A DNA stretch of 64,000 nucleotides, from the IMG/VR virus record IMGVR_UViG_3300025000_000063, positions 64,001-128,000 of that record. One strand, written 5' to 3'. The DNA is from a virus (Duplodnaviria > Heunggongvirae > Uroviricota > Caudoviricetes). Under the pieces are notes generated by a model that was not told the origin of the DNA, searched no databases, and was given only the letters and a program-made list of their open reading frames with translations. The translations under genes and the position numbers were made by a program. Positions 25,975 to 35,356 of the stretch are shown here, in pieces (positions within the stretch are counted from its first letter, which is position 1; each line of letters opens with the position of its first letter).

Positions 25975-27389
25975 TTCAAGCAACTACTGAAGATGCACGG
26001 AAATTGATCACAGAAGGGTTAATTACTTTATCAAATGCCTCAATTGAAGGTATTGGCATTGATATCAAATACTGCTTGAAGCAAGAAAAAATACTTACCC
26101 TGAAACTAAAAAAATTAATCACTGAATTTAAAGAAACCAGGACCGGTAAACTATGGAAAAAAATTTACCGGAATGCCAATTTCAATTCTGATATGCAACT
26201 TCGGGATATCTTGTTTAAAAAATTACACCTCCCACAAGTCAAAAAAACCGAACCCAGTGTTACATACCCAAACGGCCAGCCTGTTGTAAACAATGAAACT
26301 TTAGAACTGTTAAGCAAACAGAATGAAGATTTATTGCCGTATATCAGTTATAAAAAATATGATAAGGTTTTGAACACTTATATCTCAGGTATCATAAAAG
26401 AACAAGTGGATGGGTTTCTTCACCCATTCTTCCACCTGCATACTGCCAAAACATTCCGATCCAGCAGCGCCAATATCAATTTCCAGAACCAGCCGAATAG
26501 AGATCCCATTCAAAAGAAAATCATCCGGACAGCATTTATCCCGCACAAAGGACATCGGTTTCTTACAGCAGACTTTTCCGGGATTGAAGTTGCTATTTCT
26601 TGCTGCAATCATAAAGATCCCAAAATGATAAAGTATGTAACAGACAAAAAAACTGATATGCACCGGGATCTTGCCGTCGATTGCTATAAGCTGGATAAAT
26701 TTCAAAAAGAAGGATCTGAAAAAACACTAAGGAAAGGCGCCAAAAATGGATTTGTATTTCCTCAATTCTACGGCGATTATTACGGGAACAATGCCCCAAT
26801 TCTTTTGCACTGGGGTGGATTGCCTTCTTCCGGTTCTTGGGAAAAATCAGACGGTTTGCCATTAATAACTGGAATGACCCTTGGAGAGCACTTAATCCGA
26901 AAGGGCATAACTTGTTACGAAGAATTTGAAGACCATATTCAAGATGTACAAAACCATTTTTGGAAACAAAGATTTAAGGCATACAATCAATGGAAATTAG
27001 ATAATGTTGCGGAGTATTATAAAAGGGGATACTTAAAAACATTAACCGGGTTTACCTGCTCTGGGTTGATGGGCAAAAACGAAATAAACAATTACCCAAT
27101 ACAAGGCCCAGCATTCCATTGTACTCTTGCCACATTCATTGAAATTTCAAAAAGGATTGAATACCAAGGATTAAAGACCCGGTTAATTGGACAAATACAC
27201 GACGAGCTTGTTTTTACAAATGAACCTGATGAAAAAGACCAAATACTTGATATGATCCGATCTGTTGCGTGTATTTGGTTGCCAAAACAATGGCCTTGGA
27301 TTATTGTTCCTTTAGAAATTGAAGCAAATGTTTTTGAAGTTGACGCCCCTTGGTCATCAGCTTCTTATGTTGTTAAAATTGCCAAATAA
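25971..27389 (+). CDS. polA: PolA C-terminal polymerase domain
   Basis: RSSSANINFQNQP, TADFSGIEV (motif A), RKGAKNGFVFPQFYG (motif B), GQIHDEL (motif C). Confidence 0.93.
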   Translation: MIQATTEDARKLITEGLITLSNASIEGIGIDIKYCLKQEKILTLKLKKLITEFKETRTGKLWKKIYRNANFNSDMQLRDILFKKLHLPQVKKTEPSVTYPNGQPVVNNETLELLSKQNEDLLPYISYKKYDKVLNTYISGIIKEQVDGFLHPFFHLHTAKTFRSSSANINFQNQPNRDPIQKKIIRTAFIPHKGHRFLTADFSGIEVAISCCNHKDPKMIKYVTDKKTDMHRDLAVDCYKLDKFQKEGSEKTLRKGAKNGFVFPQFYGDYYGNNAPILLHWGGLPSSGSWEKSDGLPLITGMTLGEHLIRKGITCYEEFEDHIQDVQNHFWKQRFKAYNQWKLDNVAEYYKRGYLKTLTGFTCSGLMGKNEINNYPIQGPAFHCTLATFIEISKRIEYQGLKTRLIGQIHDELVFTNEPDEKDQILDMIRSVACIWLPKQWPWIIVPLEIEANVFEVDAPWSSASYVVKIAK

Positions 27390-27415
27390 ATAAAGATGAC
27401 AACTTTTAAACAACT

Positions 27416-27445
27416 TTTAAAAAAATTAAAATCATTTTGTATAAT
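27416..27445 (+). promoter_or_regulatory. Repeated phage promoter, copy 3
   Basis: 30-bp identity with 13901..13930. Confidence 0.7.
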
Positions 27446-27499
27446 ATTACAGAATACGGTAAAGATGTAGAAAATTAAAATTATAAACTGGAGAAAAGA

Positions 27500-28003
27500 A
27501 TGCCCACAATTAAAAAATTAATCGAATGCAAGAGTTGTTCCGGCACCGGGGTGTACCAAGGAATGGCTGAAGGTCACGGTTGTGGTGTTGTCTGCACAAC
27601 CTGTAAAGGTTCAGGCGCATTTGAGTACACCTTCACGTACAACGAGTTTAAAGGTAAACGGACTAAAGATGGAATTAGTCGCGTATACAAATCTGGGTAT
27701 GGGTATAAAATAGGGTTGGGCAAAATAAATTTTGTTGGTATTGGTGAAATTGATATGGACAAAAAAGGAGTCAGTTACACAGAATTTTTGTCAGGGCAAA
27801 TGCCTGCGCATATCCAAGAATTGTGTTGCCCAATGCTTGCCGATCAAGGTGCATGCCATGCTATTGATGGGTTTGTACAACAATGCAAAAAATTGGATGG
27901 GCGGGGCTGGATAGGGCACATACCAAATTGTAATTATGCCAGTAAAAAATCTTTGTGTTGGGATCGATTTACTCGCGCCCAAAAAGCACAGGAGAAAAAT
28001 TAA
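27500..28003 (+). CDS. Hypothetical protein with DnaJ-type CxxCxGxG Zn finger
   Basis: CKSCSGTG, CTTCKGSG. Confidence 0.65.
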   Translation: MPTIKKLIECKSCSGTGVYQGMAEGHGCGVVCTTCKGSGAFEYTFTYNEFKGKRTKDGISRVYKSGYGYKIGLGKINFVGIGEIDMDKKGVSYTEFLSGQMPAHIQELCCPMLADQGACHAIDGFVQQCKKLDGRGWIGHIPNCNYASKKSLCWDRFTRAQKAQEKN

Positions 28004-28004
28004 A

Positions 28005-28952
28005 ATGGAGTTGTACAAAAAGTACAGGCCGGGGGTGTTATCAGATATGGTCGGAAATAAAGCAAATGTTCAATTGCTCACTTCTTTCTTAAAAGAGGGG
28101 AATTTACCCCATGCCATTATGTTCACAGGGCAAAAAGGGTGCGGGAAAACAACCCTCGGCAGAATCCTGAAAACTGAATTGAATTGCGCTGATTGTGATT
28201 ATAAAGAGTTGGACACTGCTGTATTTCGTGGCATTGATACAATGCGTGAAATACGGGAACAAATGAAGTTCTTACCAATTAAGAGTGAATGCAAAGTTTT
28301 TTTGTTGGATGAATTTCACATGGTTGGCAAAGGGATGGAAGAAAAAAATGAAGCCCAGAATGCCTTATTGAAGGCTCTGGAAGACACGCCGAAACATGTT
28401 CATTTCATTTTATGCACAACAAATCCAGAACGTGTCATATCTACCGTAAAAAGTAGATGTGTTGAAATTCAATTGCAGACTCTTTCCGAATCAGAGATGA
28501 TTTTGTTACTTAAAAAGGTGTGCAAAAAAGAACGGAAGGTTTTGCCCGGAAAAGTTATAAAACAAATTATTACGTACGCAGAAGGGAGCCCAAGAAACGC
28601 TTTACAGTTATTGGAAAAGGCCCTGAACCTCACTGACGAAAAAGATATGCTGGAAGCTGTTAAATCTGAATTACTGGATCAATCCGCTGCGGTAAATGAA
28701 TTATGCCAAGCGATGCTGAAAACAGGGGAATGGGGTAAAGTGAAAAAGGTTCTCCAAGGGTTAAAAACGGAAGACCCTGAAAGCATTCGCCGGCAAATTA
28801 TCGGGTACGCTGGAGCGGTATTACTAAATGGAAATGAATCAGCATCATTAATCTTGGGATGGTTTCTTTACAAGAACACGTACGATGCTGGATTCCCATT
28901 GATTACCCAGTTTTGTTATAACATTTGTCAAGGAATTGAGCCTCCATGTTAA
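28005..28952 (+). CDS. dnaX: Clamp loader AAA+ (DNA pol III gamma/tau-like)
   Basis: LYKKYRP, GQKGCGKTT, LLDEFHM, AQNALLKALED, TVKSRC. Confidence 0.9.
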   Translation: MELYKKYRPGVLSDMVGNKANVQLLTSFLKEGNLPHAIMFTGQKGCGKTTLGRILKTELNCADCDYKELDTAVFRGIDTMREIREQMKFLPIKSECKVFLLDEFHMVGKGMEEKNEAQNALLKALEDTPKHVHFILCTTNPERVISTVKSRCVEIQLQTLSESEMILLLKKVCKKERKVLPGKVIKQIITYAEGSPRNALQLLEKALNLTDEKDMLEAVKSELLDQSAAVNELCQAMLKTGEWGKVKKVLQGLKTEDPESIRRQIIGYAGAVLLNGNESASLILGWFLYKNTYDAGFPLITQFCYNICQGIEPPC

Positions 28953-28961
28953 TGAGAAAAT

Positions 28962-29165
28962 ATGAGAAATAACAAAAAATTAAAAAAAGTAAAAGATCTT
29001 GTTGAATGGGAGATAAAAACAACATCGGATGCTTGTAAATGGGCAGGTCCAGTTTTTGTGAATAACGCAGACAATATCGTTCACCATTATGAGTGTAATC
29101 ACGTTAATAATTTTGTGTGTCTTTGCTGTTCTAAAAATTGCCCAATTATAATTACTGGAAATTAA
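28962..29165 (+). CDS. Hypothetical protein
   Basis: ORF in operon orientation. Confidence 0.45.
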   Translation: MRNNKKLKKVKDLVEWEIKTTSDACKWAGPVFVNNADNIVHHYECNHVNNFVCLCCSKNCPIIITGN

Positions 29166-29213
29166 ATGACGGGGCCTCCCGGGTATAATAACCATAACAA
29201 AGGATTTCTTTAA

Positions 29214-29549
29214 ATGCGCCCTAATCCTGATGAAATCATGGCATACTTGATAAGCAACAAAGAAAAGATACAAACAGGGAAGATTAAAAAAGTTGAAATT
29301 TGCATTGCCCTGGGCATTTGTGAGAGGACAGTGTACCGGTATTTACAATTATTGGGAATTAAAACTATTATCGGTAGGCCAAAAAGCGCAAGATGCCAAA
29401 GCAGGATGGCCAAGAAAACTAATTTCAAACGAATTATCCGATTAGAAAAGCTGGTAAAAACTTTGGCACGGGTGCTTTATGAGGTACAGGAAGATATGGG
29501 GTCAATCCCGCATCCAAGCATAAAAGAAATACTAAAAGAGGAAAGGTAG
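29214..29549 (+). CDS. HTH-containing protein
   Basis: KKVEICIALGICERTVYRYL. Confidence 0.6.
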   Translation: MRPNPDEIMAYLISNKEKIQTGKIKKVEICIALGICERTVYRYLQLLGIKTIIGRPKSARCQSRMAKKTNFKRIIRLEKLVKTLARVLYEVQEDMGSIPHPSIKEILKEER

Positions 29550-29556
29550 GGGCAAA

Positions 29557-29883
29557 ATGAAAAGAAAACCAAGTGTTTCAAAATTCAAAATCAATAAAGC
29601 TGGATTCAGAAAAGAACTGGATCATTACTTTCCAAAATACATGTTCACAATGAAAAAGCAAATCAGTCCTTTCATCGTGGTCCAAGGCAACGAGATAAGA
29701 AAAGAAGATATGACTGCCACATTGTTTGAGTTGCCTGAAGACACCACAATATTTCATACTTGGCCTGGCCAATACCGGTCTGACGTGTTTGTGTATACCA
29801 TAAAAGAAATGCTGGAATGGTTTAATGCACAAGAAGAATCCACAAAAGAAACGTACAGGAGGAAATGTGGGCTTACTGAATAA
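29557..29883 (+). CDS. Hypothetical protein
   Basis: RBS, operon orientation. Confidence 0.55.
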   Translation: MKRKPSVSKFKINKAGFRKELDHYFPKYMFTMKKQISPFIVVQGNEIRKEDMTATLFELPEDTTIFHTWPGQYRSDVFVYTIKEMLEWFNAQEESTKETYRRKCGLTE

Positions 29884-30418
29884 AAAACGTCTTGACTACA
29901 AACAAGACGTAAAAATAGATACAGAAGCCCTGGATGTGGAATGGGCAGAACATCCGGAAAAATGCCTGATGTACATCGAACAACTGGCAGAATTAAGGAA
30001 ACAGGCCCGGCTGGATGAAGAGGAAGTCAAAACAACCAGGTCAGAACTTATCTTGGAAGCAAATAATGATCCAATTGGATGCTGTGGGAAAGAGAAACCG
30101 AATGCTGCGGATATTGAAGCTTATTATCGCAGCAATGATGAGTATAAAGCAGCAAAAGAGGCAGCTATCCAGGCAGCAGATGCGGCACTTGTGGCAGAAG
30201 ACATGAAAAACCTGATGACATATACCAAAACAAAAGCACTGGAGCAATTAGTCAGTTTGCATTCACAATCTTATTTTATCGGGCCAACGACTCCCAGGAA
30301 CTTAAACAGAGAAATGGAAAAAAGAAGGGAAAGAAAAGAACAAGCAGAAGAAACAAAGAAAAAAACTGCCAGCAACCTAAAAAATAAGTTCAGCGGGTTC
30401 AAAAGGAAAAAAGCATGA
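29867..30418 (+). CDS. UvsY-like recombination mediator
   Basis: D-VKID.EALDVEW.EHP...Y coiled coil, IEAYYRSNDEY; adjacent to SSB and RecA. Confidence 0.6.
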   Translation: MGLLNKKRLDYKQDVKIDTEALDVEWAEHPEKCLMYIEQLAELRKQARLDEEEVKTTRSELILEANNDPIGCCGKEKPNAADIEAYYRSNDEYKAAKEAAIQAADAALVAEDMKNLMTYTKTKALEQLVSLHSQSYFIGPTTPRNLNREMEKRRERKEQAEETKKKTASNLKNKFSGFKRKKA

Positions 30419-30581
30419 ATTTTTTAGAAACATTAATTATTTCCATTTGCGGCACGCTTGCAATTATTTTGATGGCGTATTTAGCTGGGCGTAATTTTGC
30501 CTTAGGGGTTTTACATCAAATTGCGGAAATAGTGAAGAAAATAGAAGGACAAACAGTAGAAACAGAACGAAAGGAGAACAA

Positions 30582-31967
30582 ATGAAAAAGAGTAAACGTG
30601 AAAACAAGAGGCGTGGGGCCTCAATGGGTGCCGGAGCCAGGGAATCCAGAAAAAATAGAAAACTTGGGAAAAAATGGCTCAGTATCCCAAAAGGAATGCA
30701 ACTCTGGAAAGAGGAACCTGGGTTGTACAAGGTTGATATCCTCCCGTATGAAGTGAAAAACCCAAAATTACATATGGAAGGTGAATACATCACGGAAGGT
30801 ATTTGGTACAGGATGCCGTACAAACTGCACAGAAATGTTGGGCCGAATAAAATGGATATCGTATGCCCAACAACTATCGGAAAACCGTGCCCGTTATGCC
30901 AGAAACGGCAGGAGATTTTCGATGACCCTGACCTGGACAACAAACTTGCCGGAGCTTACCGGGCATCAGAACGATCATTGTTTGCTCTCAAGATGCTATC
31001 CGGTAACAAAGAACTGAAAGGCAAGATCGTTTTGTGGGACATTTCTGATTTCTTGTTCTTTGAGCAGCTTTGCGTTGAACTGGAAAACGGTGAAGAAGAA
31101 TGGGAAAACTTCCCGCTGCTGGAAGGCGGGTATTCTTTAAAGATCCGGTTGTTGGAAGAAGTATTTGACAAAACCAAATTTTCCAAATGTGATCGGATTG
31201 ACTTTATCGAACGGGATGACTACGATGAATCCATTCTGGAAGAAGTTCCCTGCCTGGATGATGTGATCCTGCCGAATATCCGGACGTTTAAGGAAATCCA
31301 GGCAATTCTGGAAGGTATGGACGAGGATGAAGATGATGATTCTGAGGAGGAAGATGATGAAGATGAAAAAACTTCCAGAAAAACAAAAAAAGGTTCCAGG
31401 GAAGCCGGGAAAGCAGATAAATCCAAACCGGCAAAGGGAAAGAAAAGACCCGAACCAGAGCCGGAAGACGATGATGACGGCGACAATGATAGTGATTCGG
31501 AAGAAGTAGAACAGCCGGAATCCTGGGATGAATTAGAATCCATGGATGAAGATGAACTGGTTGCCCTTGCCGAATCCCTGGACTTTGAAATTGATGAAGA
31601 TGAAATTGATTCTGAGGATGCCCTGCGAGAGGCCCTGGCGGAAGAACTTGGGATTGAAAAACCGAAAAAGGGTAAAAAGAAAGAAACCTCCAAATCCACA
31701 AAGCCTGCAAAATCCGGTAAAAAGAAGCCGGAGCCAGAAGAAGATGATGACGAGGATGAAGAAGAAGATGATCCCCCACCGAAATCCAAAAAGCAAGACA
31801 AATCCGGCAAGGGAGCGGATAAAAAAGCCAAGAAAGGGGCTTCAGGCAAATGTCCGCACGGCCATGTATTTGGTGAGGAATTCGGGGATCATGATGAATG
31901 CGATGAAGACACCTGTAAAAAGCATGATGCTTGTTTTGATGAATACGATTCAATGCAGGATGAATGA
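30582..31967 (+). CDS. Single-stranded DNA-binding protein (gp32-like) with very long acidic tail
   Basis: VCPTTIGKPCPLC Zn site, W.ISDFLF, F.LEGGYSLKI; acidic D/E tail. Confidence 0.75.
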   Translation: MKKSKRENKRRGASMGAGARESRKNRKLGKKWLSIPKGMQLWKEEPGLYKVDILPYEVKNPKLHMEGEYITEGIWYRMPYKLHRNVGPNKMDIVCPTTIGKPCPLCQKRQEIFDDPDLDNKLAGAYRASERSLFALKMLSGNKELKGKIVLWDISDFLFFEQLCVELENGEEEWENFPLLEGGYSLKIRLLEEVFDKTKFSKCDRIDFIERDDYDESILEEVPCLDDVILPNIRTFKEIQAILEGMDEDEDDDSEEEDDEDEKTSRKTKKGSREAGKADKSKPAKGKKRPEPEPEDDDDGDNDSDSEEVEQPESWDELESMDEDELVALAESLDFEIDEDEIDSEDALREALAEELGIEKPKKGKKKETSKSTKPAKSGKKKPEPEEDDDEDEEEDDPPPKSKKQDKSGKGADKKAKKGASGKCPHGHVFGEEFGDHDECDEDTCKKHDACFDEYDSMQDE

Positions 31968-31996
31968 CTACCAGGTAATTAACCAATAACCAAAAT

Positions 31997-32076
31997 TGTT
32001 GGGTGGCGGAATAGGTAGACGCAGATCAGGCAAGGCGGAAGGTACTTGTATGCAGGTTCAAATCCTGCCCCAACAA
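31997..32076 (+). ncRNA. tRNA-like RNA / pseudo-tRNA (Leu-type D arm, intact T arm, no paired anticodon stem, no encoded CCA)
   Basis: Acceptor TGTTGGG/CCCAACA, TGGCGGAATAGGTAGACGC, GCAGG-TTCAAAT-CCTGC. Confidence 0.75.
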
Positions 32077-32099
32077 TAAATAGTATGGAGAGAAAGAAG

Positions 32100-32513
32100 A
32101 TGGCACAGTATAAAAATGGATTCCTTAAGCCCCCCGCACCAGATAAGTTAGTCGGCTGTTATATTGCCAGGGCTGATTCCCATCGAATCGCTCTCCATGC
32201 TATTTTATCCTCAAAAACTCGTTCTGAAGTTTTCCAGGAGTTATTACTCCCTTTCATTGAAAAACTCCCAGAACTTGAAATTTTATTGGAACAAGTGACT
32301 GTTTATTTAGTGCGGGAGTGGCAAGATAAATGTATTAAGAACGCAAGTCAAATCGGATGGAAATCAGCGGACCAAATGTCCCTACGATGGAATGAGTATA
32401 AAGAAGAAGTAATCACTGAATTTAAAAAGAAAAAACTTGACCAGCATTTGTTGCAGCAGATCATTCAACGGCTGGAAATACTTGAATACGGGGAAATCCC
32501 GGTAAAGGAATAA
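32100..32513 (+). CDS. Hypothetical protein
   Basis: Start chosen behind GGAG; ORF-track start falls inside the tRNA-like element. Confidence 0.55.
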   Translation: MAQYKNGFLKPPAPDKLVGCYIARADSHRIALHAILSSKTRSEVFQELLLPFIEKLPELEILLEQVTVYLVREWQDKCIKNASQIGWKSADQMSLRWNEYKEEVITEFKKKKLDQHLLQQIIQRLEILEYGEIPVKE

Positions 32514-32545
32514 AAAGAATAAAAGGAACAAAAGGAACATGATAA

Positions 32546-33688
32546 ATGATAAAAAGAAAAGTTAAATCTATGTCCAGGCCATCTTCAGGGGATAACCTAA
32601 GGGAACAAATCCGGGAACATGTGAAAGAAGAAAAAGAGGTGAAACCAGAAAGTCAAAATGGTAAATTGTGGGTTCCTTCTGGTTCTATTCTTTTTAACCT
32701 TGCTTGTTCTGACAGATATTCTGGTGCGTACCTGGAAGGCCGGATGATTAACCTGGTTGGAGATTCTTCTTCTGGGAAATCCTTTCTTGCCTTATCCGGT
32801 ATGGCCGCAATGGCAAACAGCAAGAAATACGCTGATTATGCGTTGATCTATGATGATGCCGAATTTGCAGATTCGTTTGATCATGAAAAACTTTTCGGGT
32901 CTTCTTTTTGTTCCAGGGTGAAACCCCCTTCCATTGATACTGAAACAGGAGAGCTTGTTTTTTCATCAACCATTGAACAGTTCTTTGACCATGTTATGGA
33001 TGCTGTTGATTCAGAAAAGCCCTTTATTTACATTTTGGATTCATTCGATGCAATTGATGCCGACGCCGAAATAGCAAAAGAACTTGAAAACAGGGAGCAC
33101 CGAAAGAAAGGCAATTTATCTAAAATAAAAGGCAGCTTTCAGGCAACCAAACAGAAGAAAGCTTCCCAGATGTTTCGGCAGATTTGCGGCAAGCTTTCCA
33201 AAACAAAATCAATACTGATTATCATTAGCCAAACCAGGGATAACCTGGATGCATTTTCGTTTGTTAAACAATACAGGGCCGGAGGAAAAGCTTTAAAATT
33301 TTATTCCAGCATTGAAGCCTGGCTGACGTATGCCGGAGCAATCACCAAAACGGTTGCCGGGGTACCCCATAAAATTGGGGTTAAAACAGTCATAAAGATC
33401 TCAAAGAACAAATTCACCGGAAAGCTCCGGGAAGTCGGATTCCCAATCTATTATGATTATGGGATTGACGATATTGAATCCTGCCTGGATTTTCTGGTCA
33501 CAAATAAATACTGGGTGAAGCCAAAACAGACCATCACAGCCACCGAATTAAACGTTGAAATGACCCAGCCAAAACTGATCCAATACATTGAAGAAAAAGG
33601 AAAAGAAAAAATCCTTTTTAAGGCCGTTCAATCGTGCTGGAATGAACTGGAAGAAAAGCTGAAGTTAAACCGTAAAAGAAAGTTTTAA
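32546..33688 (+). CDS. recA: RecA/UvsX-like recombinase
   Basis: GDSSSGKS, YDDAE, ILDSFDA, ISQTRD, AGGKALKFYSS, YYDYGID. Confidence 0.9.
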   Translation: MIKRKVKSMSRPSSGDNLREQIREHVKEEKEVKPESQNGKLWVPSGSILFNLACSDRYSGAYLEGRMINLVGDSSSGKSFLALSGMAAMANSKKYADYALIYDDAEFADSFDHEKLFGSSFCSRVKPPSIDTETGELVFSSTIEQFFDHVMDAVDSEKPFIYILDSFDAIDADAEIAKELENREHRKKGNLSKIKGSFQATKQKKASQMFRQICGKLSKTKSILIIISQTRDNLDAFSFVKQYRAGGKALKFYSSIEAWLTYAGAITKTVAGVPHKIGVKTVIKISKNKFTGKLREVGFPIYYDYGIDDIESCLDFLVTNKYWVKPKQTITATELNVEMTQPKLIQYIEEKGKEKILFKAVQSCWNELEEKLKLNRKRKF

Positions 33689-33700
33689 GGCACCGGTATT

Positions 33701-34267
33701 ATGAAAATAAAAAGCAAAAGAATATCATCTAAAGGGCAAGGGTATCAACTATCTTTACCTGGTGATATATTCACAAAACATATTCAATTTGGCACTCCTA
33801 TTTTGGATGGCATTTATGTTATTTTTTTTAAACATTATCCCCCTTTGGCCCATGATAATTTCCCTCCAGCAGGAATGAAAATCTGTCATTATTCTATGGG
33901 GGCCTGGGCTTGCAGTGAAATGGTTTTGGCCTTCCTTGGCCCTTTACCAATTCTGAGCCTGGATGAATTGGCTGTGGAGCAGGAATGCATGAATAGACAA
34001 TTTGTTATTGGGACATTGAAAGGGGCTGCTAAAAATAAGTTTTTATCTGTATATCATCCTCAATATATGATTGCCACCCTGAATGTACCATTACAAAGAA
34101 AAGGCAATTTTATTTTTGAAATGAATAGCCATAAATCAATGCCGACCCCGGTTGCTAAATGGGGTGAAGAAGAAGGTAAATGGCGAAAAATAACAGAGCC
34201 AAGAAAGTATCTCAAAATTATCAAAGCGTTTCAAATGCATTTCCGGATCGGTTCTTACAATAAATAG
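33701..34267 (+). CDS. Hypothetical protein
   Basis: ORF in operon orientation. Confidence 0.55.
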   Translation: MKIKSKRISSKGQGYQLSLPGDIFTKHIQFGTPILDGIYVIFFKHYPPLAHDNFPPAGMKICHYSMGAWACSEMVLAFLGPLPILSLDELAVEQECMNRQFVIGTLKGAAKNKFLSVYHPQYMIATLNVPLQRKGNFIFEMNSHKSMPTPVAKWGEEEGKWRKITEPRKYLKIIKAFQMHFRIGSYNK

Positions 34268-34280
34268 GAAAATCTAAATA

Positions 34281-35120
34281 ATGAAACGGATAATGAAACG
34301 GATAATGAAACGGGTAATGAAACGAAAAACAAAACCAGGAATAAAACCCAAACGGAAAGTAAAAATATCCGTAAAACATATTACCACCAAACCAGAAGTA
34401 AAACCCAAACGGAAAGTAAAAATATCCGTAAAACATATTACCACCAAACCAGAAGTAAAACCCAAACGGAAAGTAAAAATATCCGTAAAACATATTACCA
34501 CCAAACCAGAAGTAAAACCACCAATACTACCGATAATAACTGCCAGAAACAGGCCAGTAAAAAAAATAGATTGGGGCAAGTTTGTAGATAAGGAAAGGCA
34601 TGCCCCAGATTGCATCCAATTAACGCAAAAAACTGCCCAAGAATTAAAACAAAAACTTTACCTGCTCCAGGATGGATATTGCCCTATTATAAAACAAAGA
34701 ATTAAATGGGGTGATACCACCTTAGACCATCAGCATAAATTGAAAAGTGAATTATCCGGCCCAGAAGGAAAAGGGCTTATCCGTGGTGTGTTGCATTTTC
34801 AAGCGAATTCTTTTGAAGGAAAAGTCTACAAGACATACAAACGATACGGCCTGCATAAATTTATTGATTTGGTTGCTTTACTCCGGAACCTGGCCGATTA
34901 TCTGGAATGTCCGCCAAGTACCCGGTTACCATCCAAATACATCCACCCGAATGAAAAAGAAAAAGCAGAAGTATTCGGGAAAAGAAAATATAAAAAGATT
35001 TTGAAATGGCATAAAAAGAAATACCCGAAAAGGGCCTTGCCGGGTTATCCGCATAAAGGCAAGATCGGTAAAACCTGGCAACAAATAATCACAGAATATT
35101 TTATGGATGAGAGGGAGTAA
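34281..35120 (+). CDS. Recombination endonuclease VII-like resolvase with basic N-terminal repeats
   Basis: QDGYCPII...TTLDHQH...LIRGVLH..ANSFEGK. Confidence 0.8.
   Translation: MKRIMKRIMKRVMKRKTKPGIKPKRKVKISVKHITTKPEVKPKRKVKISVKHITTKPEVKPKRKVKISVKHITTKPEVKPPILPIITARNRPVKKIDWGKFVDKERHAPDCIQLTQKTAQELKQKLYLLQDGYCPIIKQRIKWGDTTLDHQHKLKSELSGPEGKGLIRGVLHFQANSFEGKVYKTYKRYGLHKFIDLVALLRNLADYLECPPSTRLPSKYIHPNEKEKAEVFGKRKYKKILKWHKKKYPKRALPGYPHKGKIGKTWQQIITEYFMDERE
34344..34514 (+). repeat. 57-bp perfect tandem repeat x3 (KPKRKVKISVKHITTKPEV); preceded by 12-bp ATGAAACG repeats at 34281-34328
   Basis: Direct inspection. Confidence 0.95.
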
Positions 35121-35122
35121 AT

Positions 35123-35356
35123 ATGAAAAAACTATTACAACAGGATGATTGTGCCCCAGATAGTATGACTGCTTTTCTTGATCAATTTGTAAACGCTACA
35201 AAAATAAAAATGCCTGACTTTTGTTTAATGGCTACCATGAAAAATGAAAATGATGGCATGACTATGCAGTGGCACTATGCTAATTGGATATTAGAAATTT
35301 CAGGCGACGATCCATACTATATTTTGTATGAGATTGAACCAGAGGATGGAAAATGA
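35123..35356 (+). CDS. Hypothetical protein
   Basis: RBS GAGGGAG, ATGA overlap. Confidence 0.5.
   Translation: MKKLLQQDDCAPDSMTAFLDQFVNATKIKMPDFCLMATMKNENDGMTMQWHYANWILEISGDDPYYILYEIEPEDGK

Noticed and set aside
32023-32031. TCA triplet in the tRNA-like element as a UGA-suppressor or Sec anticodon
   Set aside because: It lies at positions ~29-31, not in a 7-nt loop closed by a stem; there is no U33 and no tRNA-Sec-type long acceptor stem.
34281-34520. CRISPR array
   Set aside because: Units are contiguous with no unique spacers, in frame within a CDS, and no cas genes are present.
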